63,296 nucleotides of DNA from an uncultured Candidatus Saccharibacteria bacterium (GCA_964348935.1 CAYGEJ010000006.1:1-63296), one strand, 5' to 3'; shown: positions 37,945 through 46,310, counted from the first letter of the stretch. Program-made: numbers and translations. Notes: generated by a model from the letters alone, not told the origin.

Positions 37945-40056
37945 TTATTTATTTTTTCTTGCTTTTCCAACTAACTTGTTAATTTTCTTAATCTCTTCTA
38001 TTTTATCTCTCAGGCGGGCGGCAAGTTCAAATTCTAGGTTTTGTGCAGCAAGATCCATTTGCTCTTCTAGCTCTGACATATAGAATTTAATTTCTTCTAC
38101 TGTCATTTTACTTGGGTCTACTTTACGTTCTTCTTGGTCTTCTATTTCTTTCTTGCTCCCTGCTAGGCGTGAGTCCGCAATAGCTTTTTGAATACCTTTA
38201 GGGGTTATGCCGTGTTCTTTATTGTAAGCTTTTTGAATTTCTCTACGACGATTGGTTTCTTCTATGGCGCGTTCCATGCTTCCAGTTATTTTGTCTGCAT
38301 ATAAAACTACATGTCCTTCAAGGTGGCGAGCTGCACGACCCATCATTTGCATAAAGAAAGTTTCGCTACGTAAAAAACCTTCTTTATCAGCATCTAAAAT
38401 AGCAACAAGAGAAACTTCTGGTAAGTCCAACCCTTCTCTAAGTAAGTTAATTCCAATTAAAACATCATACACTCCGAGTCTTAAATCTCGCAGGGTCTCC
38501 AAACGGTCGAAAGTGTCTACGTCGCTATGCAGATATTGAACTTTAACCCCTTCTTCTTTTAAGTATTCGGTTAATTCTTCAGCCATGCGTTTGGTAAGCG
38601 TGGCAACAAGGACACGTTGGTGTTTTTTTACTGTTTCTTGTATTTGTTCAATTAGGTCGTCTACTTGGTTTTTAATTGGCTTAATTTTTATTTCTGGGTC
38701 AATAAGTCCAGTTGGGCGAATAATTTGCTCGACAATAGTTGGTGGATTTAATGGTTTTGCTTTTAGGTTGGTAAGGGCAGTTAGGAAGTCTTCTTGCTCG
38801 GTTTCGGATCTTTTAGATTTAGAAATAAACTTGGTATCTTTTTGAGTTAGGCTTCTTTGAATTTCAAATTCTGCTGGTGTTGCAGAGACAAAAATAGCTT
38901 GGTTTATTTTTTTCTCAAATTCTTCAAAGCGTAATGGACGGTTGTCTAGTGCGCTGGGGAGTCTAAACCCATAATCTACTAAAGTTGTTTTGCGGGACTT
39001 GTCTCCTTCATACATAGCTCCGATTTGTGGGATAGTTTGATGGGATTCGTCTATGAATAACAAAAAACCATCTGGAAAGTAGTCGACTAGTGTGGATGGT
39101 GAACTACCAGGTTCGCGACCTTCTATAACTCTGGAATAGTTTTCTATTCCACTTACGAACCCTGTATTTGTAAGCATTTCTAAATCAAAATTAACTCTTT
39201 GTTCAAGTCTGGCTGCTTCTAGGATTTTGTTTTGGAATTTTAATTCGCGAATCCTGTCTCCAAGTTCTTGTCGGATTTCTTCCGAGGCTTTTTTTAAGCG
39301 ATCTTCAGGGGTGACGAAATGCTTAGCAGGAAAAATTGTGAATTCTTCCAGCTCCTCCAATTTATGTCCACTGACCGCATCGAGGCGTTCTATTTTTTCT
39401 AAGCGATCGCCAAAAAAATCCATGCGAATTATAGTGTCCTCGGAAGAAAGAATAATTTCTATAACGTCTCCTTGTACGCGGTAAGTAGCGCGTTGGAGTT
39501 CAGTGTCATTTCTGTGGAATTGGAGGTCAATAAGTCTTCTTAATAATTTGTCGCGTTTAAATTTTTTCCCTTTTTGAATATGGAGTGCGAGTTCTAGGTA
39601 GTTAGCTGGATTACCAAGACCATAAATACAAGAAACACTGGCTACTATTATCACATCTTTTCTAGAAAGCAGGCTCTGTGTTGCAGCATTTCTTAAGCGG
39701 TCTATCTCCTCATTTATTTGAGTTTCTTTTTCTATAAAGGTGTCACTGCGTGGAATATAAGCTTCTGGTTGGTAGTAGTCGTAGTAGGAAACAAAATAAT
39801 GTACAGCATTATCTGGAAAAAATTCTTGAAATTCGCTTGCAAGTTGCGCGGCAAGGGTTTTGTTGTGAGAAATAATTAAAGTAGGTTTTTGAATTTTCTG
39901 AATTACGTTAGCCATAGTAAAAGTCTTGCCACTACCGGTAACTCCAAGAAGAGTTTGGTAACGGTTTTTTGCCTTTAGGCTTTTAAGCAGGCCTTCTATG
40001 GCTTTTGGTTGGTCTCCAGCCGGCTGGAATTTAGAATTTAAATTGAACTTTGACAT
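37945..40056 (-). CDS. uvrB: excinuclease ABC subunit B
   Basis: LLGVTGSGKT, YYDYYQPEAY, IDESH, GINLLREGLDLPEV, C-terminal UVR domain; start set at MSKF (40056). Confidence 0.97.
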   Translation of the reverse strand: MSKFNLNSKFQPAGDQPKAIEGLLKSLKAKNRYQTLLGVTGSGKTFTMANVIQKIQKPTLIISHNKTLAAQLASEFQEFFPDNAVHYFVSYYDYYQPEAYIPRSDTFIEKETQINEEIDRLRNAATQSLLSRKDVIIVASVSCIYGLGNPANYLELALHIQKGKKFKRDKLLRRLIDLQFHRNDTELQRATYRVQGDVIEIILSSEDTIIRMDFFGDRLEKIERLDAVSGHKLEELEEFTIFPAKHFVTPEDRLKKASEEIRQELGDRIRELKFQNKILEAARLEQRVNFDLEMLTNTGFVSGIENYSRVIEGREPGSSPSTLVDYFPDGFLLFIDESHQTIPQIGAMYEGDKSRKTTLVDYGFRLPSALDNRPLRFEEFEKKINQAIFVSATPAEFEIQRSLTQKDTKFISKSKRSETEQEDFLTALTNLKAKPLNPPTIVEQIIRPTGLIDPEIKIKPIKNQVDDLIEQIQETVKKHQRVLVATLTKRMAEELTEYLKEEGVKVQYLHSDVDTFDRLETLRDLRLGVYDVLIGINLLREGLDLPEVSLVAILDADKEGFLRSETFFMQMMGRAARHLEGHVVLYADKITGSMERAIEETNRRREIQKAYNKEHGITPKGIQKAIADSRLAGSKKEIEDQEERKVDPSKMTVEEIKFYMSELEEQMDLAAQNLEFELAARLRDKIEEIKKINKLVGKARKNK

Positions 40057-40117
40057 GTATTTAGTATAAAGTAGAATGTGAAAAGTATAAAGCGAAAACA
40101 AGTTGTAAGTTGTAAGC

Positions 40118-40546
40118 AAAAAAAGAAAAACCCGAACATTTTGAGCGGTTGCTCTAGTGTTCGGGGGTCGAAATACGACCGTAAGGGAGGCTCTCTCGTG
40201 CTATTGCACGGAGATTAAAATTCGAGAGGGGGTGGATATAGCGGATTATCCTCCTCCTCCGAAGTGAAGGGTTGCGCATATGTGCATCCCCGCGCACGTA
40301 GGTGCAAGGTCCTTCACTATTCTAAATCCTCCGATTTATTTTTACAGGGGTAAGCCTTGGTGTCATGGTGTAGAGGTGCTACGACCAAGGCTTTCCCCGT
40401 GTCAGCGCGGGCGCAGCCCCTCGCTGAATTTGTATATTGAATTATTGCTAGGCAACTTGTCTAGTGTGTAAGTTGGTCGCTGGTCAGCGCCTTCCTATTG
40501 CACAGGGGTTGCCTGGACTCTTGGGTTCGGGTAACGAACTTTGAGT
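40118..40546 (-). ncRNA. candidate ~430-nt structured non-coding RNA of unrecognised family
   Basis: Own promoter, about ten stem-loops, terminal hairpin plus U-tract, GC-richer than flanks, no convincing ORF. Confidence 0.7.
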
Positions 40547-40552
40547 AAAGTG

Positions 40553-40581
40553 AGTTTACTTGGTTTTTGGGCTAAAGTCAA
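40553..40581 (-). promoter_or_regulatory. sigma70 promoter driving the candidate ncRNA
   Basis: TTGACT-17-TAAACT on the minus strand; divergent from and overlapping the ruvA promoter region (TG-N-TAAAAT 40595-40603). Confidence 0.75.
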
Positions 40582-40609
40582 TGAATGAAATATATGTTAA
40601 AATAAGAAT

Positions 40610-41167
40610 ATGATCGCATTTATTAAAGGTAGAATTATAGAAAAAGGATTAGGGTATTTATTAGTAGAGAATCAAGGTTTGGGTTATAAGGTTTTTGTGA
40701 CACCTGATGCTTTAGATAATCCAATTGGTAGCGAAGTTCGTTTTTTTACTTATCACAAAGTCTCTGAAGACGGTCAAGCGCTATTTGGTTTGCCAGATTT
40801 TGATGCTTTAAAGTTTTTTGAATTATTAATTACGGTTTCAGGAGTGGGACCTAAGGCGGCGCTGTCTATATTGTCTTCGGCTCCGGTCGAAAGCGTTAAG
40901 CAAGCCATTGCCAGTCAAGATGCCGGAGCCTTTAAGCGTATTTCCGGGATCGGTACCAAAACGGCTGAAAAAATTATTGTTGAGTTAAAAAATAAAATAG
41001 TTGCAAGTTCGTCAGTCGAGCAGTACGGAGGTAGTGACGTGTTTGATGCCTTAAGTGCTTTGGGTTATGGGCAAAAAGAAGTCAGAGAAGTAATTAATAA
41101 GCTGGATAGTAGAAAGACTGAAGCTGAACAATTAAAACAAGCTTTGCAAATGTTGGGAAAGAAATAA
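40610..41167 (+). CDS. ruvA: Holliday junction branch migration protein RuvA
   Basis: MIAFIKG, GLGYKVF, HhH motifs VSGVGPKAAL and ISGIGTKTAEKI, ALSALGY. Confidence 0.96.
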   Translation: MIAFIKGRIIEKGLGYLLVENQGLGYKVFVTPDALDNPIGSEVRFFTYHKVSEDGQALFGLPDFDALKFFELLITVSGVGPKAALSILSSAPVESVKQAIASQDAGAFKRISGIGTKTAEKIIVELKNKIVASSSVEQYGGSDVFDALSALGYGQKEVREVINKLDSRKTEAEQLKQALQMLGKK

Positions 41168-41170
41168 TTT

Positions 41171-42223
41171 ATGGAGTTAGTCCAAGAAGTAAACCAAGAG
41201 TGGTTTAGTAATTTTGTCGCCACTAATTCTGGTGGCAGTTTTTTACAGAGTTGGGAATGGGGTGATTGGCAGGTTCGCTTAGGGCGAACAGTTTTTAGAT
41301 TTAAGATCTTAGATAATAGTGGGCTGCAAATCGCATCGGTTCAGCTAGTTAAAATGTTATTGCCTTTGGGACAATTTTATCTTTATTCTCCATATGGGCC
41401 GGTTTGGGCTAATAATTTCAAATTTCAAATTTCAAATTTTCAAACAATTTTAAATGAATTAATTTCTAAATTTCCAAACGCAGTATTTATTCGTATCGAA
41501 CCGAAGGGTTTAGATCTTGTCACTAGTAACTTGTCACTAGTAACTAAATCTAACAACATTCAGCCTGGAAAAACTTTAGTTATAGATCTTACCAAAACAG
41601 AGGAGCAGTTACTTAGCGAGATGCATCATAAAACCCGCTACAATATTAAAGTCGCCCAAAAGCATGGGGTGGAAATTCAAGATGAGTTTACAATTACAAA
41701 CGGGCACGGGTTATTTTTTGACGAAGCTTTAAAACTTATTTCGGAAACGGCCAACAGGCAAGGGTTTAAAACTTTTACTCCCGAGTATTATAAAAAAATG
41801 GTAGACTTTTTTACCCTGCACCATAGGGAAGAAATTAAACTTCATATTTACAAAGCAATATTTTCCGCCAACGGCGGATCCTCCTCTGGTGGACATAATA
41901 CAATATTAGCCACAGCTTTTATGTTGGATTTTGGTAACACTAGAACGTTTTTATTTGGTGGGTCTGGGGAAAATAATAAGAATGTTATGGCGCCTTACTT
42001 GTTGCATTGGAAGGCCATACAAGATGCTAAAACAGTAGGATTAACTAATTATGACTTTTGGGGTATAGAGACATCCAGTGGAGAAACTCCGGGGTTTGTT
42101 AGGTTTAAGCTGGGTTTTGGTGGTAGGGAAGTGATTTATGGTGGAGCTTATGATGTAGTTGTAAACGCATTTATTTACAAATTATATCAACTAGTACGTA
42201 AAATAAATAAAATTATTCGTTAG
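41171..42223 (+). CDS. FemAB/FemX-family lipid II peptidyltransferase
   Basis: FLQSWEWG, HHKTRYNIKVAQK, YLLHWKAI..YDFWG, RFKLGFGG. Confidence 0.88.
   Translation: MELVQEVNQEWFSNFVATNSGGSFLQSWEWGDWQVRLGRTVFRFKILDNSGLQIASVQLVKMLLPLGQFYLYSPYGPVWANNFKFQISNFQTILNELISKFPNAVFIRIEPKGLDLVTSNLSLVTKSNNIQPGKTLVIDLTKTEEQLLSEMHHKTRYNIKVAQKHGVEIQDEFTITNGHGLFFDEALKLISETANRQGFKTFTPEYYKKMVDFFTLHHREEIKLHIYKAIFSANGGSSSGGHNTILATAFMLDFGNTRTFLFGGSGENNKNVMAPYLLHWKAIQDAKTVGLTNYDFWGIETSSGETPGFVRFKLGFGGREVIYGGAYDVVVNAFIYKLYQLVRKINKIIR
41864..41893. repeat. 30-nt double-hairpin REP-like element inserted in frame in FemAB
   Basis: TCCGCC-AAC-GGCGGA followed by the degenerate copy TCCTCC-TCT-GGTGGA; encodes SANGGSSSGG. 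Confidence 0.6.
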
Positions 42224-42235
42224 AAAATAACAAAG

Positions 42236-42263
42236 CTTGCATCCCGACAACCTGGGATGCAAG
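42236..42263. terminator. intrinsic terminator
   Basis: CTTGCATCCC/GGGATGCAAG 10-bp stem. Confidence 0.75.
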
Positions 42264-42284
42264 AGAAGCGAGAAAGCGCCGAAT

Positions 42285-42515
42285 TTACACATCGTGAAAT
42301 GGTGCGAATTCTTGGGTTGTGGATGAAGGGTCGGGTTCAAGAACCCCGAAGAGAGGGGTTTTGCATTCCTTGTTCGGGTAAATCCTTAACCCTTCCTTCA
42401 TGTCGTTCGTCTCAGCCTGGCATGCCGGACACAAGGCACGACCATATTCGGCACATTTAAAGTGCTTGCGAAAACTGACTTCTTTCGAGCCAATTAGTTC
42501 ACTTACTTTTGACAT
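42285..42515 (-). CDS. small Cys-containing orphan protein (possible Zn-binding)
   Basis: GGAGG upstream; C-x7-CPAC-x18-C; GC-richer than flanks; followed by a terminator. Confidence 0.55.
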   Translation of the reverse strand: MSKVSELIGSKEVSFRKHFKCAEYGRALCPACQAETNDMKEGLRIYPNKECKTPLFGVLEPDPSSTTQEFAPFHDV

Positions 42516-42600
42516 CAACCCTCCAGTTCAGTTGTCATTTTGACAACAATTTAGATTATCAAAGTTTTAATAAGTTTGCAGTTTCTAATTAAATAGGTAA

Positions 42601-42636
42601 TTAAAAAACAGTCTTTTTAAAAAGACTGTTTTTTAA
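42601..42636. terminator. intrinsic terminator
   Basis: Palindrome TTAAAAAACAGTCTTTTT/AAAAAGACTGTTTTTTAA. Confidence 0.75.
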
Positions 42637-42643
42637 TAATTGA

Positions 42644-43489
42644 TTATTTTGATGCTTCGGTTACTAAGTTCTCACCAATTATTTTAGTTTGTTTATTTTT
42701 GGCCAAAGAGGCAGCTTTCACAAGTAATTGCAAAGCTCTTTTATGCTCCAGGTCTTTAAGAGTTTTATTGGCACTTAGGATAACGGCCAGTTCTATTGCT
42801 GGGAGGTCAAAGAAATAACCAAAATGTTGTTCTAACATTTCAGTTTGTTGACAACAGTATAAATATTTAAAGTTTGAAGAGTTTGCTGGGAATTGATAGT
42901 TGAGCCTTAGTTGCCATACTGCAAATAATTCAAGTTTGTCTAGGGTTAGTCCAATATTGGAAAAGATTGCCTGTAGAATTGTATCATTTGGGACAGATTT
43001 CAAAAGTGCGCCAAGAAGCATTAGCGAACCTATTTTATGGTTGTGTAGCTTTACTGAGAGCAAAAAAGATTCAAATGGGATAATTTTAACCGAATTATCT
43101 GTGGTAGAGTGAGTTAGAGTTAAATAATTTTTTATTAACACTTCTGCAGCATGGGTGCTGGCATTTAATCTTAGGAGTAGATTTTTAACAGACTTTTCTT
43201 GGAGTAGGGCAATAAAAATATCTTCCAGTCCCACTTCAGACTTTCTGCTTCGGGCGGAAAGATAAGCATTTTTCCATGCTTGTTTTGCACTGTCGCTGAA
43301 CAGGGTGTAGATATCAATTACACCAGTTTCGTTGCCGACCGATTGTGATTTTAAAATTTGGGGTGTAAAAACACCAGAAAAAATTAACTTATGTTCCTCA
43401 TGGTTCGCCCGAAGACCCCAGCCGGATTTAGTACGGGTATATTTTAACACAGGACTAACAAGATTTTCTTTTTTTATTTTTAATTTCAT
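42644..43489 (-). CDS. ClpA/ClpC-derived protein: Clp N-terminal repeats plus AAA-lid-like tail, no ATPase core
   Basis: FSDSAKQAWKNAY..EVGLEDIFIALL and IGSLMLLGALL (Clp repeats); EQHFGYFFDLPAIELAVILS..KRALQLLVKAA (lid-like); no Walker A/B. Confidence 0.6.
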   Translation of the reverse strand: MKLKIKKENLVSPVLKYTRTKSGWGLRANHEEHKLIFSGVFTPQILKSQSVGNETGVIDIYTLFSDSAKQAWKNAYLSARSRKSEVGLEDIFIALLQEKSVKNLLLRLNASTHAAEVLIKNYLTLTHSTTDNSVKIIPFESFLLSVKLHNHKIGSLMLLGALLKSVPNDTILQAIFSNIGLTLDKLELFAVWQLRLNYQFPANSSNFKYLYCCQQTEMLEQHFGYFFDLPAIELAVILSANKTLKDLEHKRALQLLVKAASLAKNKQTKIIGENLVTEASK

Positions 43490-43608
43490 TTAGCTTTGCT
43501 TGTAAGGAGCTGACCATATATTTTATATATTATACGACAGTTTGTAAGTTTTGGCTATTTTTCTATTTCCGCTATAATACTTATAATCCCAGTAATACAA
43601 CTTCCAAT

Positions 43609-43887
43609 ATGTTCTTTTATGTTTATGTATTAGAAAGTTTAAAAGATGGTAATAAGTATATTGGTTATACTGGAAATTTAAAGCGAAGAATAAAAGAACA
43701 TAATGCAGGGTACAATTTTTCAACAGAATTTAGAAAACCATTTAAACTTATTTACTTTGAAGGCTGTTTGACTGAAAAAGACGCCAAACGCCGTGAACTT
43801 TATTTAAAAACAACGCAAGGTCGAAGGTTTCTAGGCTTGCGATTAATAGAATATCAACGTCAAAAGGCGTTTGGTATTGGAAGATGA
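43609..43887 (+). CDS. standalone GIY-YIG nuclease
   Basis: FYVYVL..KYIGYTGNLKRRIKEHN..AKRRELYLK. Confidence 0.9.
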   Translation: MFFYVYVLESLKDGNKYIGYTGNLKRRIKEHNAGYNFSTEFRKPFKLIYFEGCLTEKDAKRRELYLKTTQGRRFLGLRLIEYQRQKAFGIGR

Positions 43888-43897
43888 TATACTGGGT

Positions 43898-45217
43898 ATG
43901 GAATACATTAAATCTATTTTACCTAAAAGGTTGTTGAGCTTTTTACGTGCTTACTATCATGGGTGCGTAGCATTTGTTGCCAATTTGTATTTTGGAAAAC
44001 CAAGTGAAAAGTTAGTAGTGATTGGCGTTACCGGTACGGCAGGGAAATCTACCACTATAGCTATACTCGCACAAATTTTAAATTTTTCCGGACCCAAGGC
44101 CGGGTATATTACCACGGTTAATTTTTTTGATGGCAATAATAACTTTATAAATAAACACGGACTGTCTATGCCGGGCGGTTGGTTATTACAGAAACAGTTA
44201 AGCGAAATAGTGAAGCAAGGATGTAAGTATGCGGTAGTGGAGTGTACTTCTGAGGGGTTGGCACAGAACAGACATTGGGGTATAAATTTCGATGTGGCTT
44301 TATTAACTAATTTAAGTATGGCGCATATTGAATCTCATGGTGGTTTTGTGAACTATAGTAAGTCCAAACAAAAATTATTCAAAGTTCTGAGTAGGCTTCC
44401 TAAAAAAAGCTTCTTTAACAAAAAGATAATTGGTGTAAATTTTGACGATTTGTATGCCGACGATTTTTTTAAGTATGAGGCGGAGACCAAATTTGGTTTA
44501 AGTTTTAATGGGAAAAGCGAGCCAGGCTTAAAAGTTTATCAGGCTAAAAATTTAAACCAAAAACAATATTCGAAGTTTGTGTTAGAAGGTCAGGAATTTA
44601 ATGTTAATTTAGTTGGAATTTTTAATGCGTATAATTCCGCATTAGCTGCTAGTTGCGCGTATGTGCTTGGTGTAGATTTGGAAAAATCCTCAGAAGCCTT
44701 GAAGTCTTTTTCCGGTATGCCAGGCAGGATGGAAAAGATTGAAAATAATTTGGGTGTTAATATTATTGTGGATTACGGTTGTGAGCCGGCTTCGTTTAAA
44801 TCCGCACTAGTTGCAACCAGTGAGTTACCGTATAATAAATTAATTCACGTATTTGGTTCCACTGGAGGGCATAGGGATGTTAGCAAGCGGTTTATTTTTG
44901 GTAAGACTTCTGCAGAGTATGCAGATCATATAATTATTACTAATGACGATGTGTATGATTCGGATCCTGAAGAAATAGCTAAAGATATAGTTGGTGGAAT
45001 ACAACAGCAAATTAATCAGTCAACAAGTAAAGGTGTAAGTTATGAAATTATTCTAGATAGAAAAGTTGCTATTGCTAAGGCATTACAAAATGCGAAAAAA
45101 GGGGACTTAGTGCTAATTACCGGTAAAGGTAGTGAGCAATTTTTAGTACTTCCCGGAAATAAACGAATAGAATGGGATGATAGATTGGCAGTTAAGCAGG
45201 AGATAAATAATATTTAA
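43898..45217 (+). CDS. murE: UDP-N-acetylmuramoyl-tripeptide synthetase (MurE family)
   Basis: GVTGTAGKSTT, VVECTSEG, GMPGRME, IITNDD, LITGKG; start set at ATG 43898. Confidence 0.9.
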   Translation: MEYIKSILPKRLLSFLRAYYHGCVAFVANLYFGKPSEKLVVIGVTGTAGKSTTIAILAQILNFSGPKAGYITTVNFFDGNNNFINKHGLSMPGGWLLQKQLSEIVKQGCKYAVVECTSEGLAQNRHWGINFDVALLTNLSMAHIESHGGFVNYSKSKQKLFKVLSRLPKKSFFNKKIIGVNFDDLYADDFFKYEAETKFGLSFNGKSEPGLKVYQAKNLNQKQYSKFVLEGQEFNVNLVGIFNAYNSALAASCAYVLGVDLEKSSEALKSFSGMPGRMEKIENNLGVNIIVDYGCEPASFKSALVATSELPYNKLIHVFGSTGGHRDVSKRFIFGKTSAEYADHIIITNDDVYDSDPEEIAKDIVGGIQQQINQSTSKGVSYEIILDRKVAIAKALQNAKKGDLVLITGKGSEQFLVLPGNKRIEWDDRLAVKQEINNI

Positions 45218-45224
45218 ACTTCAA

Positions 45225-45530
45225 ATGATTTTATATATTAACTCTACAGATTTTAATAAAGTAACTTTTGCTCTTAAAGGAGCAAGGGTTATAGTTAAGA
45301 CTTATCAGATAGATCCGCACGAATCTCATAAAATGCTGACTCAGTTGGAAGTTTTTTTAAAAGGTGTAAGGTGTAAGATGAGCGAAATTACACGGATTGT
45401 AATTAATAAAGGACCTGGGAGTTATACCGGGGTTAGGGTGGGGCTCGCTCATTCCATGGCGCTTAGTTTAGCTTTAGATATTCCAGTGAAGGCTCTAAGT
45501 AACGAACAGTTTTTAAAAACCATCGCTTGA
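45225..45530 (+). CDS. tsaB: short TsaB-like protein (N-terminal domain only)
   Basis: IVINKGPGSYTGVRVG, ALSLALDIPV. Confidence 0.85.
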   Translation: MILYINSTDFNKVTFALKGARVIVKTYQIDPHESHKMLTQLEVFLKGVRCKMSEITRIVINKGPGSYTGVRVGLAHSMALSLALDIPVKALSNEQFLKTIA

Positions 45531-45557
45531 TAGCGATGGTTTTTTAGTATTAGCTGA

Positions 45558-46310
45558 CTAATCCTCTCTAAGCTTAAACACTGAAATGGTAATTACCAAC
45601 ATGGCAATTAACCAGAGGAAAAGTATAAGTAAATCTTTACCTAATAAATTAAAACTAAATGGATGAAGATAGGCGTTCCTAAAGCCGTCTGCGAGATAGG
45701 TAATTGGTAATATTTTGGCAAAAATTCTGAGAGCGGTTGGTAGGCTGTCGACAGGAAAGAATATATTGCCTAAGAAAGTTAAGGGTAAGCCAATAGCAGA
45801 AGTAATGGGGGCGGCGGTTTCATAGCTGTTTGCATAGTTAGATATACATAGTCCTAACAGTAAAAATATCCCGCTTCCCATAAGGGTTAATAAAATTATG
45901 GAAATAAAATTTCCAGCGAATTTAGCATGGAAGAGTAATACACCAATTAAAGTTAATATAAACACTTGAACATAAACGACAATTGTTCTGGAGGCGACTA
46001 CGGACAATACCAGTTGCCATTGTTTAAGTGGGGTAACTAAAAAACGTTTTATAACTCCTTTAGCTCTAAGGTCTACCATCCAATATGCTAAGCCGTAAAT
46101 TCCGCCTTGCATAATTGTCATAGCAATAATACCCGGGAGTACATAGTCAGAATATTTAACACCAGCATTTATAGATTTGCCTACTGGTAAGACAGAAAGA
46201 GCAATATAAATAAATGCAGGCATAATGATTGTCCAAAATATTCCGCTGGTGTTGCGGTAAACGATTTTGAGATTTGCAAAAAAAAGTTGTTTTAAGCTAT
46301 TCATTATCAT
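45558..46310 (-). CDS. ABC-2 type exporter permease
   Basis: Six TM helices; LRAKGVIKRFLVTPL, ILPITYLADGFR. Confidence 0.9.
   Translation of the reverse strand: MIMNSLKQLFFANLKIVYRNTSGIFWTIIMPAFIYIALSVLPVGKSINAGVKYSDYVLPGIIAMTIMQGGIYGLAYWMVDLRAKGVIKRFLVTPLKQWQLVLSVVASRTIVVYVQVFILTLIGVLLFHAKFAGNFISIILLTLMGSGIFLLLGLCISNYANSYETAAPITSAIGLPLTFLGNIFFPVDSLPTALRIFAKILPITYLADGFRNAYLHPFSFNLLGKDLLILFLWLIAMLVITISVFKLRED

Noticed and set aside
40280-40471. 63-aa plus-strand ORF, and a 23-codon GUG-started ORF behind GGAGG on the minus strand
   Set aside because: No plus-strand promoter or SD; protein-unlike composition; both are explained by GC-rich RNA structure. The minus-strand peptide cannot be fully excluded.
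40118-40546. RNase P RNA, tmRNA, SRP RNA, 6S RNA or group I/II intron identity for the structured region
   Set aside because: Only isolated look-alikes (AGUCCAGGC, GUGCAAUAG, UUCGACCCC, GGGGGUCGAAAU). The paired hallmarks are absent by eye: RNase P GGAAAGUCC with ACAGAAnCCGGCUUA, tmRNA CCACCA end and tag ORF, SRP GGAAGnAGCA loop, group II domain 5. A covariance-model search is still needed.
43609-43887. GIY-YIG gene as a homing endonuclease or mobile element
   Set aside because: No intron, terminal repeats or target duplication seen; short standalone GIY-YIG proteins are common.
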